Positions 12,001 through 18,110 of a stretch of DNA of 64,000 nucleotides are shown here, one piece after another. The notes under the pieces are model-generated. The model saw only the letters and a list, made by a program, of their open reading frames with translations. It was not told the origin of the DNA and ran no database searches. The position numbers and the translations under genes are program-made. Position 1 is the stretch's first letter. Each line of letters starts with the position of its first letter. Source of the stretch: an uncultured Gammaproteobacteria bacterium (GTDB taxonomy: Bacteria > Patescibacteriota > Microgenomatia > Woykebacterales > RBG-16-39-9b); the NCBI GenBank assembly GCA_964360785.1, contig CAYHXX010000003.1:22911-86910 (forward strand). Direction: 5' to 3'.

Positions 12001-14425
12001 CGTCCTGCAAACTAGCAGCTCCAGTATTGTCATCAGAACAAGAAATTACGCCTGAGGCATCGGCGGTTAAGGCACCACCGGAGGAGTTTCCAGTACAGTT
12101 AAAGCTAGTGAAAGTTAAACTGCCAGTTCCTTTATCAAGAGTTAGGCCACTAACACCAGAGACTGTTCCAGTTTCGTTATTGTCGCCAAGTACCAAATTG
12201 ACATCATTTGAAACACCGTCATTATCATTGAGAGTTAGAGTTCCAGTGAGGGTACCCCCAGTTAGTGGGAGATAATTGGAAGCAGTAATTGTGTCGGGTA
12301 TGTCACCGTCCACTATTGCACTAACGGTAAATGTACCACCAGCACTGTTTTGTCTGACAAATTGATTGGCCCCACCAGTTAATGAAAGATCAGCACCCGT
12401 ACCACCACGGCTTAATCCTAGCATCCCCGTAGTATCTGAAATTGCTCGGTTAGTGATTTGGGTGATGTTGGTTAGAGTAAGGTCATCGTTTACCTGGGCA
12501 TTAGTTAGTCCAGTTCCGACAGAAGCAGCTGGGAGAGTTCCAGTCACTTCCGAAGCCAGATCAATACTACTTCCCAATAAGGTAACACTTGTTCCCAATC
12601 TAACCTGAGCTACGCCACTACCTTGATCAAAAACATCAAAATGGTTAGTTCCTGATCCGGCAGTACCAAATTCTACAGTTGTAGCGGTGGTAACCGTAGT
12701 TCCTAGGTCTGTTTCTCGAACAGTAATTCCAGAAATTCCTCCACAGGAGCCCCAAACTGGAGCAGCAGTTACTGGGCTGGCTGCTTGTAAACAAAAACCG
12801 GCAGTTGAAGACTGAGCAGTGAAAGCATAAGCAGAGCCATCACTGTAGGCTACTGTTCCCGCGGCGCCAATTGCAGTTGCATTGGTTCCACCACGTCCGA
12901 TTGCTAAGGTTCCAGTAGTATCGCTGATAGCGCGGTTAGTTATTTGGGTAATGTTAGTTAGAGTAAGGTCATCGTTTACTTGGGTATTAGTTAACCCATT
13001 GCCAACTTGAGTTGCTGCAATCGCAATTGGTGTGCTTCCAGCTGCAGTCAAACGACCCTTATTGCTAACGGTGAAAGTTGCTACTGAAGAAACGGAACCA
13101 AAGGAGCCACCAACAACCGTATCAGTTAAATTAACTGTGCCATTAGGATCAGCTCCTCCAACTACAAAATCATTTTGGAAGGCAACATTATCGGCAAAAA
13201 TTGAAGTGGTCCCGTCGGTAATTGTAATTGGGCTGCCCGCACCTGTGTCGTCTGCTCCACAGGTAACCTGGCCGGAAAGGTTGGTTTCTAGAGCGTTAGT
13301 CCCGTTACAGTTTGCTACAGTTTGTAGGGTTAAAGCACCACTTAGAACCCCTCCAGTCAAAGGTAAATAGCCAGAAACAGTGATGTTGTCGGCAATATAG
13401 GGATCGGTAAGAGCAGTTGCTTGCCAAGTTCCCGAAGTAATTGTTCCAACGGTTGTGATCGAATTTTGGCCAGAGTAGTTACTGGCAATATCGACTGTGG
13501 TACCGGAAACCGTAATGCGGTTGGCAGCACCATTGAGGTTTACGCTTTGAGCAGCGACTGAGATGACTGGATTTTGCCCAGAGGTGATTGCAACGTTGGT
13601 CCCGGCCGTCAGTGAGTAGATGACATTGCTGGCAGTTAGCTTGCCAGTGCCGGCATCGATGTCGGTATTGTTGGTGACAATCCCGCCTTCGGCAGTGAGA
13701 GCGCCAGTAATGTTTGTGGGAACAAAAACTGAGAGCAAACCATCTTTGACGCTACTGCCCAGAGTTTCGCCGGGTTGTTCACCAGTAATACTCGGTAGAC
13801 TGTCCCTGTTTACGGTCAGATGATCCTTTTTGCTATCTTTAGATACAGAGCTGCGATTTACGGTAAGTAGGTAAACGAGGCCGAGTGTTAGCACCAGAAT
13901 CTCGACTCCAACTAGGGCCAGCTTCTTGTGGCTGAGACCTTGGCTTTTGAGAAAATTAAGTAGCGAAAACCCAAAGGCCGAAACGCCATTACTACCGGTT
14001 GTTTCGAGACTTGAGGATTCGTTGCTAGTTATAGCCTTCTCAGTAGAAGGAGGGAAGTTTTGTGTCGCTGCCGCGGGAAACGAACCTGAGTTATCATCTA
14101 TTTGTATATCAGTAGTGGACGAGATGGGGATAAATGTTTCTGTTGTCTCAGTGAGTTTTGACTCTCGCACTATCGTCTGTATAGTTTTTCCAGCTTTTAT
14201 ATTTTGGTCGATCTCGACCATTTGATCGACGGCAGAAATTGGGAGTGCGCCGGCAGCAGCGAGACCGTTGAAAGATTTGCGAGAAGCTTTGGGGAGAAGA
14301 CCGATTTTGATGTAGTAGCGTAGGCGGTTGTAGGGGTCACCTTTACCAAAATCGACGCCTTTTAGCTTTGCTAGGCGTATGACTTCGTCAAACGATATGA
14401 GATTTTGAGTAGCGTTGTTGCTCAT
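1..14425 (-). CDS. Giant surface protein, partial: the 3' end lies beyond the window start, so more than 4,800 aa are encoded here. N-terminal cytoplasmic MerR-like HTH, one TM helix, then an enormous Thr/Gly/Ser/Asn/Val-rich beta-repeat ectodomain with internal tandem duplications.
   Basis: ATG at 14423-14425 (rc) with an in-frame stop just upstream. N-terminus MSNNATQNLISFDEVIRLAKLKGVDFGKGDPYNRLRYYIKIGLLPKASRKSF parallels the N-termini of the 50888..54199 and 54865..57819 proteins. No minus-frame ORF is reported with a stop inside 1..14425, implying the frame stays open to the window edge. Codon bias on the + strand (acc/agt/ggt/gcc runs) is the reverse complement of Gly/Thr codons. A recurring rc-encoded motif ETAINIGTGWD appears. 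Confidence 0.7.
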   Translation of the reverse strand, partial: MSNNATQNLISFDEVIRLAKLKGVDFGKGDPYNRLRYYIKIGLLPKASRKSFNGLAAAGALPISAVDQMVEIDQNIKAGKTIQTIVRESKLTETTETFIPISSTTDIQIDDNSGSFPAAATQNFPPSTEKAITSNESSSLETTGSNGVSAFGFSLLNFLKSQGLSHKKLALVGVEILVLTLGLVYLLTVNRSSVSKDSKKDHLTVNRDSLPSITGEQPGETLGSSVKDGLLSVFVPTNITGALTAEGGIVTNNTDIDAGTGKLTASNVIYSLTAGTNVAITSGQNPVISVAAQSVNLNGAANRITVSGTTVDIASNYSGQNSITTVGTITSGTWQATALTDPYIADNITVSGYLPLTGGVLSGALTLQTVANCNGTNALETNLSGQVTCGADDTGAGSPITITDGTTSIFADNVAFQNDFVVGGADPNGTVNLTDTVVGGSFGSVSSVATFTVSNKGRLTAAGSTPIAIAATQVGNGLTNTQVNDDLTLTNITQITNRAISDTTGTLAIGRGGTNATAIGAAGTVAYSDGSAYAFTAQSSTAGFCLQAASPVTAAPVWGSCGGISGITVRETDLGTTVTTATTVEFGTAGSGTNHFDVFDQGSGVAQVRLGTSVTLLGSSIDLASEVTGTLPAASVGTGLTNAQVNDDLTLTNITQITNRAISDTTGMLGLSRGGTGADLSLTGGANQFVRQNSAGGTFTVSAIVDGDIPDTITASNYLPLTGGTLTGTLTLNDNDGVSNDVNLVLGDNNETGTVSGVSGLTLDKGTGSLTFTSFNCTGNSSGGALTADASGVISCSDDNTGAASLQDAYTGGPTISLLTATGNFKVNLGDAIGNNTTIDANVALAYTDGILFTTTVGTITDAIDVSAAGIVNAINIGANDILSNSVSISSAELNVLDGGIDESEVTGEIESVAAGLGLTGGGLAGAVTLSFDVSAALSGDHALSANEAKFGQSGLIFEGSAVGDLIETYISITNPTTTDKTITFPDASGTIILSGHSFTGDSTISLDSDGSTIFTIAADAVALGTDTIGNYVSSATTNGGLTLTGTEGASLGILIQTNAVDGTTGAGSVSGLSLTSDGLSLYRGCAAGGILEWDNTNFEWDCGTDNTGAGAASVSLRTTPTVGSLSILDFNDDVFDVTEPVGNTANVTFRLATAGTTAGASFSGLEKFTNGTTGGLSLLACSNGQILKKVTGNWTCSTDAGGGGGGSGQNLNDTYQLGNNIDITNTYGNLLFNLTDATNDNNVVVDNNTTGDVATALLFTTSGTGATIGTAIDISDAAIVNAINLGANNIVASGSLTIDFSGATTDSTLTLQNSSDDTTNDRIAAFKIDTEADALDKKLLIIESGVGGADNEKASIDSDGDLTLDGILTLAGGATSDIISSGTANLTISAAGTGNIRFLTDADTSVILPAAGFTTCTSLETVANVLTCGSDDVGTSSLQSEYVAGNTISLINTEGNLTINLGDNAGNNTTIDANVALAYTDGILFTTSVGTITDAIDASAAGIVNAINIGANDILSNSVSISSAELNVLDGGVTESEVSGVITDVTAGLGLTGGGASGNVTLAFEVSTALSGDPALGINGAKFGQSGLIFEGATDDLIETFIAVTEPAGTDNTITIPNASGTIILSGHTFSSDVTATLGSGGTTALTIAADSVTLTTDTTGNYVSSATANGGLTMTGTEGASLGILLATAGSDSTANFSGLTLDPAGGGNGLRLLNCSDTQILKKATGNWTCSADNDTTGGGESLQATYVIGPTIDVTTGEGNLAITLTSADFTVTTPTGGTNFTTLARADGAGAADPAQLLLINNADTNRDLPIGLKISQAAGTAVITTAIDLSDANINTAIAAGANDLSGTNWSITGSSGAASFVGVNSGAGLLQGTGGLTVTGTTSINASGSTATNIGTGTNAGTITIGNSSTGDLALNDAQWSVTGAGVATFANITCNSASCISTGEITDATITGDDIASSIAGNGLVLTAASPDTLDVGAGNGISVAADSVAVNQAYDFTWTGLHSWTSTLTNTAVIQDVNLTLGADGDIDSVIGINVDVTSAATGVADFIYGLNLSNVTTPDATVNERAIRIGTGWDAGIEFEGATNDLIEILITASDPTVSSKTFNLPNVASGDICISTVACNATTLGGATFAAPGSIGSTTPGSGAFTTLTSSGNTTLATGAGTTNSFGSGSSSINTIGSVTTPGALTLHGATTLDNTFSQTGANTFGTGTGAVSLNGDTAVASGKTLTLTGLGSGLVKATTGLLGLATAGVDYENPLTFTNGVSRSTNTVSLDLTYSPTWTGTHTFSPSGTGDTIFNGDDDSNIQVNSTVGADVSVNPVSITVTDNAAASTGTIYGFNLTNADNGANVGVIDALLRLNNANAAETTPRGLYIEQSGAGTLTSAIELAETAGTITDGITITGTLGNILNSGSIDITGAGAITGATGVSSSGTIAFSGLSTNGVVFTSGGTGTLNSEQYLATSRGGLGGDVTAAGAGEIVYSTGTTTYDNLASGALGRCLKANGAAAPSWETCPGGSTASPFIAQGAGAAKTIVKDTCCTDYKIDFTATEVDDYALKLNTSIADQSVDLFQVTNAGGFGTSVDTVNLASLNFTTTANVADTTNAALKIDVTSGTGGISDNLYGINIGTLSTPGSGKESAINVAGGWDNRVEFSSQIATGKVGLNFTATNLTGTAIDISGGASLTSLTSGTGLKISPSSLSTGHAIYINGSVNGTLTAMTGNIVEISPTRTLSGGAAAIDDTANYLNITRTNINSGGLGFTTSGATAKIANVFTNTSGGVTVTGDVLNLSSNCTGTCTYTGSTANILELNQQDANASGAVLNILNSGTGADISLDNGETIDNATDGTVQVTTARFRVDDPGATSYLLIRNDLSTAFDIETSGVELYIQDIAANTYFSPNSTGLVGIGTAGPGKRLDINSATGAALRLTYNDADGSAANYTDFDVSSSGNLTIAPSGTVISVDFPSGGEFQVDGNLRLTAASDRKIVNAFDNIIFEADSDNNGSGNLFTFQGNGTTAYLTIENTGYVDIAGHGAFGGNASVSTDQIVAVGETFSGIGTATYEGIYSATTIGPSGVQTGAITGRGLQALAQTSGANIGSGGFNVNLLALRGEVLHATTGTVNEAHGIRSLVRNTGGGTITSAFGLDVLSTENSGVGSTVTNNYGIYIQDQTAGATKNIELAFGGTSPTIEMAGTLTFQDNGTPNTLFSIVDSGTYGTIRLTDKGGTGDPATCTVGDVYFNDTDNQYKGCVTTNVWSSFTDNSGAGLTLQDVYNNDDNDASADILLTATDGSIVIQNPVATPSTSAFNLKVEQLATGVTTDLVKNLSVSSAGSFNTTSAPLTNYAGYLSNTSTESAGTNTLTNVGLGVNVSGADANYGIDIAGTLTSSIRFGGTATADITTTSNRDFIVLPNGTGDTVVFTDSGSQLYFDLSKTVGLYNSAVNTLRTDSKSIINFNPTADSGTVSLATIQGTTPAHSSGTNIINFLFIDPTNGNPTAGTNTLNGINIDSITGDAQQTENALNIESGWDTGLSIPSISGGTLGINTTIANSTVANTTAVRANIGTPTSNGQTGFEGIFSGVGAGNVSGLKLTATSGTYNGGSITAIDVSNITDTGTGSTAINIGSGWDTGIVIGGTVGVNFSGVTTDITTGTNENLTISPNGSGNVYFVVDSDTGIQIGTTAAVAPGEDLFNVANTFAGSGVTNDGIDGISVDFVTSGTVDRTNNALNIAVTSGGSDATDIVNGINLSLSGTSGTETAINIGAGWDNGISLGANKILGTTATIDFDNFDVAATGNITVQSGLGIDSNVGGGTLRVGTTTAGVVLVGNTTGGNEIAIGNAGGGGAGQITIGNTTSTTIDIWATGGLEVRADSEFILASNRNVALTAQNPSNVDMLAISNSGQASTLSGIDGIALTFGSSNASGDGIHIIPSYTSPSGADLLTYNVIEVDAFSPTNTAGTDTVNGLKFGNLTDPGATITSSAIKIGTGWDSQISGNGVNLDGSGNLLAVNANTATTGTTTGTGTDTTTLTLTTDPFNVNDVVLIDNTAGQDYYTRITVDPGTGSYTVSPAITFENTKTVTKYTTQNIGATSTDYSTTANRYYQGYFLGGIVAGAASTIYSDGRIDMPSGSDTTLNIGNSGAGVTNLVVDGTISGSGPAAGTSGYWSRGGSCVSSTALCTATSGDAVQINNLTSTRTTGELDIDTSSATAGHSGINLAYTATGAASGTQVGFDLTFTNNDVAQAAEVYYAQRITNANDAGANFTNALLNLDQADNTAGGITSGILFTDTGTGTFDFGIDFTQASAFDSAAIALGSHNIIGNNIDIDGGLATSGSQTQVSLSGTIPLLAAAQTFQGIYLNYTNSNNHTGGTINGLDLAISAADPDATETAINIGTGWDTGVSISSVPIGSTGITISLANVAIGQTENRGISVTTGTAASAGSNVDAYLATVPDSAALGSASVNGFRFADITTGPGGGNVNAIKIGSIGTPGTGNETAINIGSGWDTGINIATADAATGINITIADDSSVTNDIRKGVSVSTGTVTGTGVGRKYAYYASIPDVAIVSPGAGTINGFFLDNIGTGPSAGTVNAIQIGNITTPGAGTETGINIGTGWDNSINSAGTLGLASSLTTGTTVSIGSGVSRNITNDLTGLSIDLNTNYTWSAGNRFGLNIANVTSGGTGETAINIGTGWDREINFASTTPKIDMADGGTLAFRDGTNTLVSIVDSGTYGRVKIAAATGADPTCTAGEIYFNSTGPVFKGCVSTNTWQTFADTNGPVTLGPGIADSWGTANRGIWLDETGGSSPDLF
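9200..12080. repeat. Intragenic tandem duplication in the giant gene: segments of about 0.9 kb at ~9200-10200 and ~11100-12080 (period 1,875 bp), with nearly identical cores 9590-10020 / 11465-11900.
   Basis: The antisense track ORFs 9579..9989 and 11454..11888 are near-identical. Related motifs recur near 10800. Confidence 0.75.
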
Positions 14426-14575
14426 TGGGCAGGGTAGAACTATTCATCAATCGATTTTAAGGTAGTCAGTAGGTTCGAACAGTCTACCGACTTGAAATCC
14501 TGTCAATAGGGTATTTTGGGTAAAAGACCCACTCCAGCGCGGGAAAATCCTTTGCTGTGACGGGAAATCGTACTT

Positions 14576-14607
14576 AGATTATTTCACAATCCGAAAAAAA
14601 ATGTCAA
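14576..14607 (-). promoter_or_regulatory. Candidate sigma70-type promoter for the giant gene: perfect TTGACA and TATAAT separated by a 20-nt spacer containing a T8 homopolymer.
   Basis: Minus strand: TTGACA-TTTTTTTTCGGATTGTGAAA-TATAAT. The giant-gene ATG lies about 150 nt downstream. Confidence 0.35.
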
Positions 14608-14660
14608 GGCCCGATCTCTTTAATATATATACAGAAAAATTTCCGTGGTAAGATTTTATT

Positions 14661-15455
14661 ATGAAATCTGCCATAAGAGCGTTCAGCTCAATACTGCTAT
14701 CTGCTCTACTGCTTTCTGCTAGCGCAACCTTTGCCTTTTCCCAAGGTATTAATCAAGTGGCTTACAATGTGGTTGTTGCAGAATCAGATGCAGAGACTGG
14801 GAGTATAGTCTCATTCAAAAATGGTCAATACGAACTCAGCAAAGCGGAATATGATACAGGAGTATATGGAGTTATATACTCTGATGCACAAGTCGCCCTC
14901 GGAAAGATTACTGTTGCAACCAAGCCGGTTGTAGTAAATGGAGAAGCTTTAGTAAAAGTTGCTACTAGTAACGGTGAGATAAAAGCAGGGGACTTGGTAA
15001 CTACCTCAAAAGATAAAGGAATAGGTCAGAAAGCAACAAAATCCGGACATGTACTGGGTAAGGCACTGAAAGATTTTCCAAACTCAGAAGCTTCGGGAAA
15101 TAATGGAGTGGTTCCGGTATTAATAAATGTTAGTTACAACCAAATCTCTTCTAGCTCAGAAGCTTTAACTGATCAGGGTCTCGATCAGGTGGCCAAGAAA
15201 GTTTCTAGCTCAATAGTTTCCGGAAACATTCCCAATCTTCTTAAGTACATATTTGCTCTGTTGCTGGGAGCTATAAGCTTCTTTGTCGGCTTATCACACT
15301 TTGTCCGTAGCAACCGAACGGCAGTGGAAGCAATCGCCAGAAACCCTTTGGCAAAAGCTGACATTCAGCGGCAACTATTTTTTGGAACTGCTGGAATACT
15401 TGTAGTGTGTGGTATTGGGTTAGCAATATCAGTGTGGATATTACTATTCTTGTAG
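14661..15455 (+). CDS. Fusion protein: signal peptide, then the conserved giant-protein C-terminal module (...KPVVVNGEALVKVATSNGEIKAGDLVTTSKDKGIGQKATKSGHVLGKALKDF...INVSYNQ), then a C-terminal F-ATPase c-subunit-like two-helix hairpin without the conserved Glu/Asp.
   Basis: C-terminal 70 aa GAISFFVGLSHFVRSNRTAVEAIARNPLAKADIQRQLFFGTAGILVVCGIGLAISVWILLFL aligns to c-subunit GxGxG...IARQP-loop...QxxFIGxALVEAL, but the carboxylate position is Leu/Val. The N-terminal domain aligns to the C-terminal about 100 aa of all four giant proteins. It lies directly upstream of atpF. Confidence 0.6.
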   Translation: MKSAIRAFSSILLSALLLSASATFAFSQGINQVAYNVVVAESDAETGSIVSFKNGQYELSKAEYDTGVYGVIYSDAQVALGKITVATKPVVVNGEALVKVATSNGEIKAGDLVTTSKDKGIGQKATKSGHVLGKALKDFPNSEASGNNGVVPVLINVSYNQISSSSEALTDQGLDQVAKKVSSSIVSGNIPNLLKYIFALLLGAISFFVGLSHFVRSNRTAVEAIARNPLAKADIQRQLFFGTAGILVVCGIGLAISVWILLFL

Positions 15456-15457
15456 GG

Positions 15458-15478
15458 TGACAAGGTCCGTCCTTGTCA
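15458..15478. repeat. REP-like palindrome (variant): tGACAAGG-TCCGT-CCTTGTCA.
   Basis: 7-bp stem GACAAGG/CCTTGTC and a 5-nt loop. It sits between the c-like gene stop and atpF. Confidence 0.6.
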
Positions 15479-15491
15479 AAGGTAAGAATTT

Positions 15492-16094
15492 ATGAATCTA
15501 GCAATCTATCTGTCGGTAATATTAAATCTAGTCACACTTGGTCTGGTGGCCTATCTTTTGCAAAAATCACGCCAGAGTGGAAGTAGTCTTGGGCAAAATC
15601 TTCCCCAAACACAAAACCTAAAAGAGCAGGCAGCGACGATACAAAACTTGGAAAACCAGTTTAAGCAGGTGCTACAAGAACTAATATTAAAGAATAAAGA
15701 AGTGATTCAAAGTACATCAGATAACCTGGTCAAATACTACCAAGATACAGTCACTACCATGACACTCAACTACAACCAAAATACAGAGAAGCTGATGCAA
15801 CTACTCGATCAGGAACTAAAAGTACGTGTGGAGAAACTCGACCAAACCACTATCAGACATATAGAGGAATCTCGAAAGGAAGTTAATGACCAAGTAAAGA
15901 AAGATCTTGAAGGGCTGAATAAGCAACTAGACAAGTACTCAAAGGAAAGGTTCAAACAACTGGACGAAAAGATCTACGAGATTGTTTCCGAGACTGCTAA
16001 AAATTCTGTTGGTAAAGTAATTAACCTAGTCGACCATCAAGAGCTCGTAATGTCGGCACTTGAGCAAGCCAAAAAGGACAAATTCTTTTCATGA
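15492..16094 (+). CDS. atpF: F-type ATP synthase subunit b (N-terminal TM helix followed by a long charged coiled coil).
   Basis: MNLAIYLSVILNLVTLGLVAYLL TM, then a Gln/Lys/Glu-rich helix. The position is between the c-like gene and the delta subunit. Its stop overlaps the atpH start (ATGA). Confidence 0.6.
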   Translation: MNLAIYLSVILNLVTLGLVAYLLQKSRQSGSSLGQNLPQTQNLKEQAATIQNLENQFKQVLQELILKNKEVIQSTSDNLVKYYQDTVTTMTLNYNQNTEKLMQLLDQELKVRVEKLDQTTIRHIEESRKEVNDQVKKDLEGLNKQLDKYSKERFKQLDEKIYEIVSETAKNSVGKVINLVDHQELVMSALEQAKKDKFFS

Positions 16095-16618
16095 AACCTG
16101 AATTTTCGATCTTTGCTACTGGGATTACGGATACAAAAGTTCTCTATCGTTTGGTCGATAAACTAAACGCGATTAACAAAGAACTTTATCACAACCAGGA
16201 AGGCAGCATTGCGCAGAAAGCCAAGAGCATCAGCCCGTCACTGATCGCGGTTTTTAACTATTTAGAACAAAAAGGTTTGGAGCCATCAGGGGATGAAGCA
16301 CAAAAAGCGTATATCGCAGAAATTATCAGTTATCTCAAGAGTTTGCTAGTTGTGAGAATTACAATGGCTTTTGAACCTGACGATACCTTTAGCACTAAGA
16401 TCAACGAAGTGATAAGTAGCCTTGCTGGGCGTAAAATTGTGCTGGATATTGCAGTCAACCACCACATTGTTGCCGGCATTACTCTCGAGTACAACGGTAA
16501 GTTCTCTGATTATAGCTATGAGGCTAGAACTGATACCTTTTTGAAGGAAAGACTCGGAGGTTTTTTCGCGGTAGCTTCAAATGAAGTTAGAAATCAACCA
16601 GAGCAGTTAGTAAACTAA
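16091..16618 (+). CDS. atpH: F-type ATP synthase subunit delta (OSCP-like).
   Basis: 175 aa. The C-terminal ...VNHHIVAGITLEYNGKFSDYSYEARTDTFLKERL resembles the delta C-terminus. Gene order is b-delta-alpha. Confidence 0.55.
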   Translation: MKPEFSIFATGITDTKVLYRLVDKLNAINKELYHNQEGSIAQKAKSISPSLIAVFNYLEQKGLEPSGDEAQKAYIAEIISYLKSLLVVRITMAFEPDDTFSTKINEVISSLAGRKIVLDIAVNHHIVAGITLEYNGKFSDYSYEARTDTFLKERLGGFFAVASNEVRNQPEQLVN

Positions 16619-16619
16619 A

Positions 16620-18107
16620 ATGCAGAAATTTGAAGAGTATCTTAAACAAATAGGTGAGGTTGGCTATGTCGAGTCGATCATTCACTCGATTTTCTATGTC
16701 AACGGCTTGCCTGGAGCCAAACTGCACGAACTGATTCTTTCAGAAAACGGCCATATTGGCATTGTCCAAGGTGTTCTGCCAGATCTGGTCGAGGTTATGC
16801 TGCTTCAAGGGGAGAATCTTGGCCACAACGTCCGGGTAGTTCGTACCAATGAGACTTTTGAGATGCCAGTAACCGATCGTTACCTAGGTAGGGTTATCAG
16901 TCCTTTTGGTCAAGCGCTAGATGAGCACGGACCAATCGGGGAAATAAAGACAAAATACCCAATCGACCCCAGAGCTCCCGGCATTAATGCCCGCAGCCGG
17001 GTCAAAGAGCCGATGGAGACAGGGGTTATCTCAGTCGATATGCAGGTGCCAATTGGGAAAGGGCAACGTGAAATGATCATGGGAGACCAGAAAACTGGTA
17101 AAACCACCTTCGCCTTGCAGGTTATCGGTAACCAAGTGACAAGTGGAGCCATTTGTATTTATGTTTCGATTGGGAAAAAGAAATCTGATTTGAAATTTGT
17201 GGTGAAAACTTTGGCCGATCTCGGCGCTCTCAAGAGCACTGTAGTCGTCGCTGCTTCTGCTTCTGACCCTGCCCCTCTGATTTATCTTGCGCCTTTTAGT
17301 GGGCTGTCGATTGCCGAGTATTTCCGAGATTTGGGTCGGGAAGTAGTGGTAGTTTTTGATGATCTCACTACCCACTCAAAGTTTTACCGGGAAACTTCTT
17401 TGATCACTCGCCGAACCCCAGGTCGGCAAAGCTATCCGGGAGACATTTTTCACCTCCACGCACGGATGGTCGAGAGAGCTGGGAATTTTAAGATGCAAAA
17501 TGGGAAAACTGTTCCCATCACTTTACTTCCGATCGCCGAGACTCTCGAAGGTGACTTGGCCGGGTATATCCAAACCAACCTAATGGCGATGACAGACGGT
17601 CACGTATTTTTTGATGTGGCTGAGGCTAAGAAAGGCCGGCACCCAGCAGTATCTTTCACCCTGTCCGTATCTCGGGTTGGAAACCAAACTAAAACTGCTC
17701 TTGAAAGAGAATTGTCAAAACTAATAACTGAGAAACTTTCTGCTTATCGAAAAGCCGAAGAGGTTAGTCGTTTTGGAGTTGAGCTGACTACCCAAACTTT
17801 GCAGGCATTGGATTCCGGTGAGAAACTTATTGCCCTTTTTGATCAGGAAAGCCAGATTATCACCCCAAAAGGATTGCAACTTGTATATCTAGGTTTGTTT
17901 TTCGGAGGAGCCTGGGACAAGAAAAGCGCCAAAGAAGTGCGGGTGGAGAAAATTAGAATTCTCGGTGAATACCTGCAAGGTAAGTACTCAAACCTGCCCG
18001 TCGAAGCAAAGTTAGCTAGTTCGGTTAAAGAGTTGGTAACGCTTGTAATGAGGTATTTTAAGCTGGGAGTTACTGTCCAGAAAGAAACAGAGGGTGTTGC
18101 TAAATAA
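16620..18107 (+). CDS. atpA: F-type ATP synthase subunit alpha.
   Basis: P-loop MGDQKTGKTTFALQVIGNQ (compare GDRQTGKT). 495 aa, with alpha-like N-terminal beta-barrel and C-terminal regions. Confidence 0.9.
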   Translation: MQKFEEYLKQIGEVGYVESIIHSIFYVNGLPGAKLHELILSENGHIGIVQGVLPDLVEVMLLQGENLGHNVRVVRTNETFEMPVTDRYLGRVISPFGQALDEHGPIGEIKTKYPIDPRAPGINARSRVKEPMETGVISVDMQVPIGKGQREMIMGDQKTGKTTFALQVIGNQVTSGAICIYVSIGKKKSDLKFVVKTLADLGALKSTVVVAASASDPAPLIYLAPFSGLSIAEYFRDLGREVVVVFDDLTTHSKFYRETSLITRRTPGRQSYPGDIFHLHARMVERAGNFKMQNGKTVPITLLPIAETLEGDLAGYIQTNLMAMTDGHVFFDVAEAKKGRHPAVSFTLSVSRVGNQTKTALERELSKLITEKLSAYRKAEEVSRFGVELTTQTLQALDSGEKLIALFDQESQIITPKGLQLVYLGLFFGGAWDKKSAKEVRVEKIRILGEYLQGKYSNLPVEAKLASSVKELVTLVMRYFKLGVTVQKETEGVAK

Positions 18108-18110
18108 TTT

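Noticed and set aside
267-14225. About 45 plus-strand ORFs of 60-260 aa in the track (for example 7653..8255, 10002..10745, 11454..11888), rich in P/V/S/A.
   Set aside because: They are antisense or out-of-frame shadows of the giant minus-strand gene 1..14425. They have low complexity and no recognisable starts or domains. Several are near-duplicates only because the giant gene is internally repeated.
14455-14485. tRNA-like T-arm sequence GTAGGTTCGAACAGTCTAC.
   Set aside because: Only a 5-bp GGTAG/CTACC stem with a 19-nt loop. There is no acceptor stem, D-arm or anticodon arm, so it is not a tRNA.
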